NCBI RefSeq assembly: GCF_964194025.1
Contig: NC_134476.1
Location: forward strand, 20,026,001 to 20,090,000
Origin: Convolutriloba macropyga
Taxonomy: Eukaryota
Reading direction: 5' to 3'
Length of the DNA: 64,000 nt
The position numbers and the translations under genes are program-made. The notes under the pieces are model-generated. The model was not told the DNA's origin. It was given only the letters and a program-made list of their open reading frames with translations, and searched no databases. Shown in pieces: positions 1-12,340 of this stretch (within the stretch, counting starts at the first letter, position 1; every line of letters begins with the position of its first letter).

Positions 1-3000
1 CCACGACACAGCAAAACACTGTATTTTTAACATCATTTGCGGCGAATCTACGGGTACATATAGATTCAAAACTGGATTTTTTTGGCCTTACAGATATGCC
101 GGCAGAATTTCAAAAAGCTATGGACTACACTCTTTTAGGTTTGCAAAACACGTATTGTTTCTTGGACGATATCATAATTGTCAGTACTGGTACTGAAGCA
201 GACCATTTGGCATATGTTTTCAAATGTTTAAAAAAGTTAGATGATGATAATCTAAGAATTAATCTTCAAGAATGTCATTTCGCAAAAACTGAAATTGAAT
301 GGTTAGGCTATAAGTTTATTCAAACTGGAATTTCACCCCTAGAAAGTAAAACTGCAGCAATATTAACAAAACCACCACCAACGACACTAAAACGCCTTAG
401 ATCATTTTTAGGGTCGGTACACTATATTGGTAAATTCATACAACATCTTGCACAATTATGCCACCCACTTCGACCACTTCTTAAAAAATAAGTAAAGTTT
501 ATCTGGACAGAAGAACACACAAAACTTTTCAATCTGATAAAAGAAAAAATTGCCAACAGCACAGAAAATAGCCATTATAACCCAAAACTTGATGTCAGAG
601 TCAAATGTGAAGCCTCTCGTTCCGGACTGGGGGCCGCATTGGAGCAAAATACACCAGACGGCAGGAAACCAATAGCATTAGTGTCACGATTCCTCAATTC
701 AACAGAGGAACGCTATAGTGTTAATGAATTGGAGTTATTGGGAATAGTTTGGTCAATTGACTACTTTAAATACTATTTAGACGGAAAAATTTTTACTGTA
801 GTAACAGACCATAGAGCCCTCCTGTCCATACTCAAAGAACACAGATCAAACAAATCGTATAACAGCCAAATATCACGACGGATAGATAGACTACTTCCGT
901 ACAACTTCACAATAGAACATATGCCAGGTGCAAAAATGGGTCTCGTCGACTATATCTCAAGAAATCCATATGCGAGAGCTAAAAAGATATCTACATTTGA
1001 CGAGCACTTTGTTGTGGCAACAATCTCAAAAATCCGTGATTCTATGAAATACTTAATTACCAAAAAACAAAATGGAACTAAAAAATTCACTAGCATACTA
1101 AAGTCAAATTGGCCCTCACACAAGTTAAAACGGCCATTTGCGCCGCAACTACCTACATTACAAAGTTCAAATTCAAATATACGCAACAAAACATTTGCAT
1201 CGCAATCACTCCCTTCACTACCGAAAACACCATTCGCGACGCAATTGACACTTACTATTTCTAAATCTAATCCGTATTTTATACATCCAATTGCATCGCA
1301 AATGCCACTTAAAGTTACAAAATTTCAATTTGCACCAAATAACTCTAAAGTTAATAATTCACATTCCATTAACAAGTTCGCTGCTAAAGAAGTTCAAATG
1401 TCAGACAGTAAAGAATGTGAACACTCTGAACAATTATCCCCAATAAAGCCCATTAATGATATTAAGTCAAATAATCCACCTAATAACGCTAAATATAGCG
1501 CGAAAATAAAAATTCCAAAGTATAAATACCACTTGCACAAGAATCACTCGCTTTTTGCCCAAATTCAACCTACAAATAACTTGAAAATAAATACACAAAA
1601 CAAATTTTCCATCTTGGATAATTCAGTCAACTCTATCAGTACAATGTCCAAAGCCAAAGCTATCCGATCTAAATCAACACCAACCAAAGCAAGGGTGACA
1701 TTTTCGGATACCACCCCATCTACGCCAGGAACCACCAATACCTCAAACACATAAACGCCCACTGGTAGCATGATTGAGGAGACAGACGATATATTGTTCA
1801 CCGAAACCCTAAACAAGGTCTTCAGCAAGAAGTTCCTGGCCATCCTAACAGGCAGGGATGCAATCCTCAAGGAGGTTCGGGATTGTGTTATTAGAAATGA
1901 TCCAGACGGACTACAAGAGATAAGTCCGCATCTCTTTTCATATTGGCGGGACTTGAGTGTCAAGCATGGCTGTGTGTGCTTGGATGAGCGGATAGCCATT
2001 CCAAAGGCAATCAAAGACGCGGTATTGGAAGATATCCATTCAACACATACCTGAAATTTTGCCATGCTATCCCTTGCACAAAACATTTGGTGGCCCTAGA
2101 GATATACTGGCAAAAGCCAGTCAGTGCAAAGCCTGCACAGAAATTGGTAAGAATCTTAAATCAGTGATTTCGCACCGCAAATGGGCACCTCTTCCAAAAT
2201 GTAGTGAACCGAATGACGAAATACAAATAGTCTTTGGCGGTCCCATTTTGAACGAAAACGGCATTGAACAATATTTTATTACAAGTACAGATAGATATTC
2301 AAAGTGTCCCACAGCAGAAGTAGTAAATAACGCTTCAGGCTCAAATGTACTAAAATTTTTTAATAAATATATATACCAACACGGAGTACCTAGAACTATT
2401 AGATTAGATCAAGCTAGATGTTTTACAGGGAAAAAGTATCAAAACTTCTGTACAGAAAATAATATTACAACTATCTATGCCCCAGCAAATGATCACAGAG
2501 CAATTGGGTTAGTAGAACGTATTATTCAAACAATTAAACGTCAATTATCTTGCATGAAATCTCAATTAAATAAAAAATTTAACTTAGAAAATTCACTTAA
2601 AGCAATAATACAACGATTAAGAATATCTAAACAAAAAACAATCAACACTACACCATTTGAGGCACACTTTGGTAGGAAATGTAACACACCTATATCAAAT
2701 ATCACTACTAAATCTAACAATAAAACTCTTAATTATAATGCAATAACTAAATATTATTTAGACGAAGATACAATTCCGGGTCGGTCATACCTGTCAGAGG
2801 AACAATGGGCAGATACGGCCCTTTGTTCGGACACAGAAATTGAACGTGTCAATTGTGCCGCGAGTGCTAGAGCTAGAGCTGAACAAAACAAACGAAATGA
2901 CGGGGAACAACGACTGATTAAATCAGAGGGAATCTCCAGATCAATTCCCTGCTCCGATCGTAGCATCCAAGTAAAGCTGACTCGAAAACTCCACGAGAAT

Positions 3001-3783
3001 CAAAGACAAAAGAAAAACTTGGATGGGTTATACGAGGTATTGGCACCCGGGAGCACAGTTTGCAAAGTGAGTCCTACAACCAGTGTAATTAAGGAACCGA
3101 ACAGACAGGAGGTACGGGTCAGAAATTCTGACATTGCAAAATTCGGTACGCGTGCGGAACGGGATACTGGCTTATCACAATATATCGAAAGAAGGCCGAA
3201 AAAAATAAACGAGAAAACCATCGAACAGAAAATATACAAACATAAGCGGGACCTGATAAGGAAAAATGCAGGGGATCAGAAGATAAAGCGAAACAGAAAG
3301 CAGTCTGACGATGTTAGTGTAGTCTCATCAGGCAGATCGTGTTTTTCCTCCGCGAGTAATATAGCCAGATCCCTGAAAATGAGATTCCCGAAAAGGAACC
3401 CAAAACATGACGAAGCCTTTATTAATCGGCCAGATCTAACGCAAATTCTGCAATTCAGTTCAATCTCACCACACGCACCACAATCGACCAACTCTGATGC
3501 ACCCGGCCCATCTGCGACGCAAATGGCTTCATCAAAACCACCAACGCCTATTCTGAGAAAGTCGAGTAAAAGACAACTCACAATTAGCGATACCTCTGAC
3601 TCAGACACCTCTTCGGTAAGAAAAAGTAAGCGAACGCTGAAAAAGAAGTCATCCCAGACTATTGTCGAAAAAGTCAGGAACACCGAAGGTTATTCTGAAA
3701 ATGAGCAACAAGACAAGGAGAAACTTCTACAAGAATTTCATCGGATTGGACAGAGGCCCCAGAATATTTGCCTAGAGAGATGA
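1..3783 (+). pseudogene. pol: Gypsy pol (RT, RNase H, long linker, integrase, basic/Ser-rich tail), disrupted
   Basis: RT YRFKTGFFGL...CFLDDIII...WLG; RNase H C(E)ASRSGLGA, YSVNELELLGIVW, TDHRAL, DYISR; integrase IHSTH...WWP...CKAC, TDRYSK, IRLDQARCF, IGLVERII, TPFEAHFG, DGLYEV. ORFs 96, 639 and 1770 share one frame with stops at 489, 1752 and 2052, then a frameshift near 2095. Confidence 0.92.
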
Positions 3784-3956
3784 CCGTTCTCCAAGCAGAA
3801 AATGAAGAAAATTCTGATTCAGAATAAACACCATCAAACTTTATAAACTCACATATTTTACTTATTATTTAATATTTTAGTTTTTAGTAACCGGTGAATA
3901 ATTAGTAATTTTCTGATTTTAATTAGTAATTTTAATTTCTCTCAAAGAGGGGGAAA

Positions 3957-4448
3957 TGTCATACGGCAATGGATACCATTCAAATATCCATATCCGTATT
4001 TAGTGCAAATTATATTTATTAGTTCCATTTGAAGGGCAAGTGCTGTTCTGATTTCAGTTAAGTTTATTTCCTCCCATTTTCAGCAAAGTACTGTCTGTTC
4101 ATACTGTCTAGGCAGGAAATTCATTCGTTCATACTATAAACAAATCTTAAAGTTGCTTCCTTGTTCGTGATTGAGTTGATCAAACCTTTTCTTAATTTGT
4201 AATCACTTAAATCTCTCAGTCTCCCATTTGCAACTCTAGAATTCAGTTTAAATTAAATCTTGCAAAACGCTTCTCAATTGAACTCAGTAACTTCGGCAAG
4301 TGCCAATCGCACCGCGATTGACCATTCTAGATACTAACAACTCAAATATAAATAATTGGTTCGCCAATTGCGGCTCAATTGCCCACTCAGAGTTGTAACC
4401 GAACATTCGCAACTCAATTGGATTCATTCATCGCAATTGAGTATAACA
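3957..4448 (+). repeat. 3' LTR of the Gypsy element (~492 bp)
   Basis: Starts TGTCATAC right after the PPT and ends GTATAACA (7/8 inverted match, TG...CA). The right boundary is inferred because the partner LTR is outside the window. Confidence 0.7.
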
Positions 4449-5049
4449 GAATTGCATGGCAAGATTTTGCTCCACAGTTGGCAAAAAAAGCAACCACGGT
4501 GGCCTCCAAAACAACTACGCAAATATTTATTGCAAATTAAAACGAGTTTAAAGAATTCTGGCGCCCATTGCAAATCGAATTACACTTCTTCGGTTGACAA
4601 CTATGTTAAAATGATTTTGTGGTGAAATAATATCAGTGACCAAAATATTTGTTAAACTACTATGCATTACCATCGCTAATTCCAGCCTCTGAAGAAAAAT
4701 ATTGTTTCCGACACCAAATGGGGTGGTATTGCGGCGCGAAAAGACGACTTAACAAATAGTACTTTTTTAGGCGAAATTGTGACGGAATGTAGTACCACAA
4801 ACACCACACTTTGTAATGACGAAGCGATAGGTTTTTTTTGTTTTCTGCGCAATCTTCTACTGATAGGTTGTATTCCTATAAATTTTAATCAACTGGCTTG
4901 GCGCTTCATTAAAGTTTTTAATGATGTCTGAGTCAGGCGTAGAAACTAACTACCATATCCGCCAAAGCAGAACCTTCAAATTAAGTTTTTTCGATGAGGC
5001 TTGCGGTCAGTCAAAGTTACTACTTGGACACTCGATGGAACTCTCACTC

Positions 5050-5800
5050 CTAAAATTGCTGTACTGAAGGAAGTTCTAAATGGCGTCATCACGAACAACG
5101 AAGAAGGTTTCTGCAAAATCTCTCCACATTTTTATAACATTTGGAAAGACGTTCACGCGAAGGCAGGCTGCTTCTGTGTCGACGATAAAGTCGCAATACC
5201 CAACTCTATTAAGAATGCTAAAGGGAGAGATCAACAGTACAAATCATGGTAACTGGGGATGGCCGACTTAGATGATTTTACGTGGAAGCCTTACTTCAAC
5301 AGAGACATCCTTTCAAAAACTGCAAAGTGTAATCCCTCGGATAACATTGTCTTCGAACCTACAAACTACCCATTGAAGCAAACTGATAAGAGACGGAAAA
5401 TTAGAGTACCAGCAACACAAGATGAGAAGCAACGGAAACAGGACGCCCCCGATGGGCGGAACAAGATTCATCGATGTGGACTATAAAGCAGACGTTGGAT
5501 TGCCAGTGCCCAGGACGGATACTACATAAGCTCTGAAACTTACTCAAAAGAAGCCCAAAGTAAAATGTTCCAAAAATTTCTTTATATCCTAAATGAAGTA
5601 CTCGGGTCGTACGTAGGCAAAACAGACGTCGTTAAATCCGTCATCAGAGAACCGAGCAAACTGAATGCCACCATCCGAAAATCTGATCTTGTGAAGTTGG
5701 GGACACAAGCCGAACATGGAACTTACTTTTAGGTTTGTGCAAAAAGAAGAGCAACTGTACCATTCTGATAAAAACAACTGAGCAACAGACAAATAGGCAG
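5050..5800 (+). pseudogene. Older Gypsy integrase remnant lacking the catalytic core
   Basis: AVLKEVLNGVITNNEEGFCKISPHFYNIWKDVHAKAGCFCVDDKVAIPNSIK aligns with AILKEVRDCVIRNDPDGLQEISPHLFSYWRDLSVKHGCVCLDERIAIPKAIK (1860-2020). LNEVLGSYVGKTDVVKSVIREPSKLNATIRKSDLVKLGTQAEH (5589-5717) aligns with LYEVLAPGSTVCKVSPTTSVIKEPNRQEVRVRNSDIAKFGTRAER. Confidence 0.85.
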
Positions 5801-6649
5801 AAAAGAAGCTCACCAAAAAAGTGGCTCAATATTCTACGGCAACTTTAACCGGCCTTTCAAGCTAGCTCATCCTCAGCTCCATCTCGACAAAAACGAACCC
5901 AAATCGTGAAAGGGAAAAAGGGTCAGAGTAAGAAAAAGATCGTAGCAACTATACAATCAATAGCGTCGCAAAATCTACTATATGAGACCCATGATGAAAT
6001 TGGTCTGCAAACTATGGAATTTGAAATGGCAATTCAAGAGACAGAGAGAAAGTTTAACTCAGACAGCTGTTAAATCTTCTGAAACTCAAACTAATGCTGT
6101 TTTTTTCCACTATTGGTGCCCGTGTACTTCATCATTCTGTCTAATCACGTGTTCTTTCAAAATCTTTCCAGTTGCCCGTAAAATTGTTTGCTTAAATGTT
6201 CTTTTCTTCAAAAGAAAATTTCTCGTTCACATTTTGCTTTTGTAATAAAAATTCTGTACCAATTTCTTCCTTCTCAATTAATTCCGCATTTCAGTGGGTC
6301 TCTTATAATCTCAATTCATAGGCACAGAAGAACAACTGGGTGAAATGCTCAAATCAAAGTGATTTGCCCAGCAAATCAACTGTGCAAAAAAATTAGGTTA
6401 TTGCGGAGCGAAAACATCAAAGAGTGTTTAATAAAATAGGTTAAACGCAAATTAGTTAATTGTGTCTCCAAACTGCACTGCATAAACTCAATCTGTATTT
6501 CAATCTCTAACCGATCAAATATTCGGATCTATAAAATTGGATCTATATTAATGACAGAAACTCTAAAAAATTTCTCCTTTTCCAATGACAATAAAATTAA
6601 CGTGAACGAAAAAAAATGGCTATTGGGTGAAAAACATTACCTTCATCAT

Positions 6650-7142
6650 TGTAGCTGTAAATCTATTAAAACAACAGTCTACCGATAAGGTTTCAATTCA
6701 ATCTTTTTCATATATAGCAACGTCTATACGAAGCAAAGGTTATAGAGCAACGGCATAAGTTCGTTATTATAAAGCAACGTATAAGATCATCGATGATAGC
6801 AACGTAATAAGACTGTGGCGAACGTAGCAACAAGTGGTTTTTAAGACGGCAATTTTTGATGCTCTTTTAGCCGGTATTTTGTCGGATAACGAATCAGTTC
6901 ATTGCCAGTCACCATTTTGTACCAAGGCATCCAAAAACCCGAAAATTACTGAGCCGAATCATGTCTTATTCGATAGGTCTTATGATTAGATTTACTTGAA
7001 ATTATGTTATTTGCACTTTTTCCGAGCTTTGTACGTAAATTGGAACAATTTCTATGCGCATTTAAATACTCGATTCTGAATGGCTAAGAAAAATGACGCA
7101 TTTTGATATATTACTCGCTTTAAATTTATTTACTTGTTAACA
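6650..7142 (-). repeat. BEL/Pao 3' LTR
   Basis: About 96% identical (manual count ~20 substitutions and 1 indel) to the copies at 13963, 17916 and 21870; preceded on the minus strand by the PPT; contains 5-6 AGCAACG-like motifs. Confidence 0.93.
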
Positions 7143-7149
7143 TCCTCCG

Positions 7150-9665
7150 GCCCAGAAGAAGATGCTGGGAGAATGGGTACTAATTTTACAAGCGGCGAAC
7201 AAGCAATCCGGAGGACCTGCGCAATACGGCCGAGCGTGCGACGCTGTCTGAACCCTAACGGAGTTCAGTGATCCGAGCAATAGGGTAGTAACCCCTTGGA
7301 TTGGTCCCTTCAACTAACCAGATCAAGTCACCAGTCTTTAGATGTTGCTCGGCAGGTGTCTGCCACTTGGAACGTCGGTTCAGCGCCGGTACGTACTCTT
7401 TGATCCAACGAGACCAAATAGCTTTAGCGTAAGATTGCTCGCGGGCATAACGCTTTCGGTGATCAAGCTCATCTACGCCAATGATGGAAGGGAGACTACG
7501 TGCTTGGTTACCGAGGAAAAATTGATTGGGTGTTAATTCGCCTAGATCAGACGGGTCGGTGCTCACGGGCGTTAACGGACGTGAATTAAGTGCATGTTCG
7601 ACCAAACAAAAAGTGGTACTTAAACCCTCATCTGTGAGGCGACGTGTTCCAAGGATTGTGTAAAGTACGCGCTTGAGACTACGTACTAGCCTCTCTCAGA
7701 TGCCACCTTGGTGTGGCACACTGGGCGGATTGAATCTCCACTTAATGCCTTTGTGGGCAAGTTCGACGGCGATGTTCATGGTGTTCCACTTCTCGATATT
7801 CTCGCATAGTTCTTTTTCCGCGCCAACAAAGTTTGTGCCATTGTCCGACCAAATGATGACAGGTGTGCTCCAACGGGAGACGAACCGCTCCACTCCCATT
7901 ACACAAGAACTGGCGTCCATGGACGGAACGATTTCAACATGAACGGCACGAGTAGTTAAGCATGTAAAGAGGAAACCCTCTAAAGGTAGTCCTACCTATA
8001 GTAACGTAAAACGGGCCGAAGTAGTCAACCCCTGTGTTCGTGAAGGAAGGAGACTGGTATGCGAGTCTTTCTACTGGGAGGTCAGCCATGATTGGTTGGA
8101 TAGTGGCAGTTCGGAACTTTCTGCACGTAACGCAGTTGGATTTAATGCAACGCAGTGAGGATCGTAATTTGAGTACAGTATAGCGTTCTTGTACTTCAGC
8201 CCGCAGGTAGTCAATACCTTGATGATGATGTTTGACGTGGTTGTGCCTAAGGAACAACTTTACAAATGCATGGTGTGCGTCGAGAACGATAAGATGTTTT
8301 ACATCAAAGTCAACTTCGACCAACCGTTTGATTCGGCCGGCCGATCGCATTAGACGATTTGGCCCAATGAAAGGAGAAAATGGAGCAATACGGCTACTCC
8401 ATTTAACGGGTTTGTTTTCGAGGAGATCTTTTCTCTCTGCATGGAATGATTCCCCTTGGACAAGATACTGGAGATGACGCTCGGCTTCGTCAAGCTCTGT
8501 GGGTTCTATGATGCCACCATCGGCGATACGGTAGCATTCGTGAGAAGAGAACCAGCAGAGTGCGTACGCTGTTATCCGTAGCAACTTCTGATAAGAACTG
8601 TACTTATCGAAGGGAATTAGTTGCGGGGTGGCTCCTTTGTTGATTTGGTTACGGAAGCGGCCAATGATATTTTGGTTTCGTCAGTTTCCTTAGTTACTAT
8701 ACCAATTTCGATGTTTTTAACTAATTCGGTGCTTGGTTCGAACGGGAATTGCTTGGTTCTTAAGACATCTGGACCCCTCACCCAGCTACTTGATTGCAAA
8801 ACCTCGGCGGACATGCCACGAGTACCGGCGTCTGCTGGATTATCGCTTGAGGCAACGAGGTTCCATTCGTCAACGCTAGTGTGTGCCAAAATCTCGCATA
8901 CACGGTTTACAATAAACATTGGGTTGTTGCTTGTGGAGTTAAGCCACTGCAAAACAGTAGTGCTACATAAAAACTTGGTTAAGATGCAAAGGGCTCGACA
9001 AATGTCTCGTTTCAACCAAGCGGCCAGTAGGGCAGCTTGCAGCTCAAGCTTTGGAACTGTCATCACCTTCATAGGTGCTACGCGAGCGTTACCCAGGACG
9101 AATGCAAGCTCTGTTTTTGGCCCACTGGAAGTGTTTACTTGAGCTCGCAGAAATGCAACAGCGCTGAAGACCTCCTGAGAACTATTGCCAAACATGTGTA
9201 GTTCCAGGTGTTCAAAATTTCCCGAAAAGTAGCTCCTTGGTATAGTGATTTCGGCAAGCTTGGGTAGTTCTACACTCCATTCGAGGAACCTTTCAACAGT
9301 GTCTTTTGGTAGTTCTTTATCCCAGTGCTGCCCGCTGACAAGCCAGATGTCCTTTAGTAAAAATCGGGCACCGACAGTAAATTGTGCCACTTGGCCGATG
9401 GGATCGAATCCTTAGACACTAGGCTCAGGACCAAGCGTTGTGTTAAAGACTTAGTTACTGTACTGGAGGTAACCCAACTCACAACTAGAGTGTCATTGTT
9501 GTGATCCCATTTCAACCCAAGCACGTGCGAAGATTCCTCCTTAGACGAAGCAATTACTTTTGGCTCGGTGGACTGAGGTGACCCATCAATTTGATCAGCC
9601 AGATTTGGTACATGGCTTACAAACTTAGTAAGCTTGAACCCAACGAGATGGAGAAGATGCACCAA
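7150..9665 (-). pseudogene. pol: BEL/Pao pol remnant: RT C-terminus, Pao RNase H (Peptidase_A17 region) and integrase
   Basis: GFKLTKFVS, VLGLKWD, ELHMFGNSS, ARVAPMKVMTVPKLELQAA, DNPADAGTRG, WVRGP; integrase HHH...CVTC, TGVDYFGPF, WSDNGTNF, PHQGGI, ALNSRPLTP, LNRRSKW, PRGYYPIARI; several frameshifts and stops. Confidence 0.92.
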
Positions 9666-11313
9666 TGGTATCGGAGCAGTATGCCCACATGTTGGATTTA
9701 TAAACGGCGTGACAAAAGGTGGCGCGATGTTAGTAGTTGTACTAAAGGGATTAACAGGGATGCTACAGTTAGCAGCGTGGTTGCTATTAGGATTTTGTTG
9801 TGCATTCATTTGCAAGATGGGGTGGATGATGGTGGGGTTAGCTGTGCTTGGGGGTAGGTTTGGTTGAATGTTGTTAAAGACGGTGACATTATTTGTCGCC
9901 TGGTTTAGGTTTGTGGGGTTACTCTGAGGAAATCTCCACAAGCTCAGGTCAAGGTTACAATTCAGTGGAGTTTTCGGTGCGGTAGGACACGGTACCAGGC
10001 GGGCTTGAGGTGATTGGACGATGTTTTGTTGTGGAATGTGTGGGACGGGTAGTTAGGTTGTTGCGCTCGCTGGAATGGGCGACGGAATCATGGGAGGCTG
10101 AAGATTAAATAATTGTTGAGGCGGGAATACGGGTGGCGGGTTCATGATTGGTTTTAGAGGTGGAGGTACATTATGCGGGGAATGGGCAATAGGGACTTGT
10201 ATTTGGTGTGGAATGTTACTTTGAGATGGATTCAGTTGTTGCGGAACATGAGGCATCGACATGTGTAATTGACCAGGCACACTGTAGCTTTTCGGACCCA
10301 AGAACTGATTTACTTGTGGTTTTGTTGAAAAATCAGGTACAAAAATGGAGTTCGTTAGTGCCATAACGGGTGTCGGTGGCCGGGGAGGTTGCATAGGCGG
10401 CTGAAGTGGTGGGAGTGCGACATTTTGTACGTCAACTGTTATTTGTTTCACTGGGTTCACCTTACAACTTCCTGAGGGACTGTGGGCCTGTTCGACCCTT
10501 TGATCACTGAGTGATTGCTGCAGTTGAGCTTGGAGATATTCCCGATACAAAACTTCCTGCTGGGCAACAGAAATATCAACTCCTGGCCGTGTGTACTGAG
10601 AAATCGTTTCAATATGATGTAAGTTATCGGCAACATTACTTGTGTCTTCTGGAGGATTACTAGAGGCAGTATCATTAACAAGAGGGTCGGCGGTTGCTGA
10701 ACCAGGACGAGAAAAGTTAAACTCACTTGAATTACCTGCTGGAAACAAAATTACCCAATCTTGAACAAGTCCCTGACTACTCCATTTGTATTTCAAGCTC
10801 CTTTTTTCACATGGCAATTTCGTGTTTTTATTTAGCGAGGGGCATGGCAGCTTGTTCTTGTTTCTCGGCCTCTTCGCGTTTTAATTTTGCCATGAGAAAG
10901 ATATTTTTACGCTGGCTAGATGTTGATGATGTTGTTCGGCGTGAACTTCTCCTAGACTGCACTTGAGGGTTAACGCCCTCACATACGGTATCTCGGTCAT
11001 CTGTGTCAATGTAGCTTCTAGCCGCGGGCAAGAATTTATCATTGTTCTTATTTACATCATCCAACCATTGCTCAAGTACAGGGTAAATTGAATATGGGTT
11101 CCCCGCTTTATTGGCCAAGTCAAATAGTTCTTCATTCTTCTGCACCAGTTTATTGAAAACAACCTTCAGCTTTGAAATCAAGCGTTCAAATTAAACTCTC
11201 CTGTCTTGATTATCTATAGCATCTGTGGTGTCCCTATGGATGTTACGTAACTCAGATTCTAGATTAGATCTTGCGTTAAAGAACGTTTTCAATTTCTCTT
11301 GCTGTTCAGCCAT
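9666..11313 (-). pseudogene. gag: BEL/Pao gag N-terminal part (coiled coil plus Pro/Gln/Asn-rich region), truncated
   Basis: ATG at 11313 (MAEQQEKLKTFFNARSNLE...), SRRSSRRTTSSTSSQRK...AKLKREEAEKQEQ, then a Pro-rich stretch joined directly to the RT tail; internal stops and frameshifts. Confidence 0.75.
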
Positions 11314-11816
11314 GATATTGAAATGGCTAATTTTTCAATGCAATGAAAGTAACTTCCAAACGAACACGTGTAGTGTGGGTTATACCGAACCCAAATGACG
11401 TCGACTTGATAGACAAGACGTCGAAGAGCAGGGAAGAAGTTATCGAGTAACGAATTACTCGGCGAAATTGTGTAACAAAGTGCAGAGGGCGTCTATCGTG
11501 CTTGTAAGCAACGTGAGACTAAACAAGAAAACAGGCAACCGCCGAAAAAGAATTGGGTGGACGAAGCACGACAAAACGGGGAACGGAACGGAACGGGCGA
11601 AAACGCGGGTAGGAAACGGGCGACGCAACGGACGGGACGGAAACGCGCAACAAACAACGCACGAAAAAACGAGACCAACAGGACGGAGGCGTTGAACGAG
11701 TAGTTAGCAACGAAACGGAAAGGCGGGAAAGAAAGGGCAGGGGACGATAAAGCAGCGAGCGGGAACGTCGGGAGTACTATGCTAGCAGACCACATCAACA
11801 ATCTCAACAAAACAAA

Positions 11817-12340
11817 CTAGGCGTAACTCCAGAACAAACTTAAGTCACACCCTAGGAAGGAGGAGAGATGCTACTGCAACAGACAAACTAGCACAAGCCA
11901 TTTTGGGGCTTAACATATGAAAATAACAATTTAATTTTCGGCGAAAAGAAGTATACTAAAAGGATGAAAAGAGCAAGAATTTTACTAGCCGTAACTCCAG
12001 AATAAACTTAAATCACACCCTAGCAATATTCAAACATAAACAACCGATCAGCATACCAAAAATATTAAACAACCTACAGTATAAGTTAAGTAATATGCTG
12101 CGCTTCTGTGGTCTATGATGCTGGAAAAGTTAAGAAACAATCTAGCCGTAACTACAGTATAAATTTATGTCACACCGTAGAAGGCAAGAACACAAACCAA
12201 CTAACAAGCATACAACTACACGCAAACATACAGCAGCAGAAATCAATATACTACAACAGGGTTTCTAGTAAATTAGTAAGTTGGAAAAGTCCAGGAACCA
12301 ACTAGCCGTAACTCTAGAACAAACTTAAGTCACACCCTAG
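11817..12340 (-). repeat. Array of four conserved 39-bp hairpin repeats with 118-129-bp divergent spacers in the BEL leader (copy 1)
   Basis: CTAGccGTAACTccAGAAcAAACTTAAGTCACACCCTAG (+ strand) at 11817, 11985, 12142 and 12302. Confidence 0.92.

Larger units (their letters stand above)
1..4448 (+). mobile_element. Ty3/Gypsy LTR retrotransposon, 3' portion (5' part outside the window)
   Basis: RT, RNase H, integrase order of pol; polypurine tract AAAGAGGGGGAAA (3944-3956) directly followed by TG; LTR-like segment downstream. Confidence 0.93.

Noticed and set aside
950-3683. Antisense ORFs over Gypsy pol (and + strand ORFs over BEL pol)
   Set aside because: Shadow frames of pol with no independent motifs.
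11817-12340. True CRISPR array
   Set aside because: Eukaryotic retrotransposon context, no cas genes, spacers of ~120 bp with residual mutual similarity; reported as a repeat instead.
11817-12340. Hammerhead or twister ribozymes
   Set aside because: No CUGANGA/GAAA core or twister consensus found by eye on either strand; an Rfam scan would be decisive.
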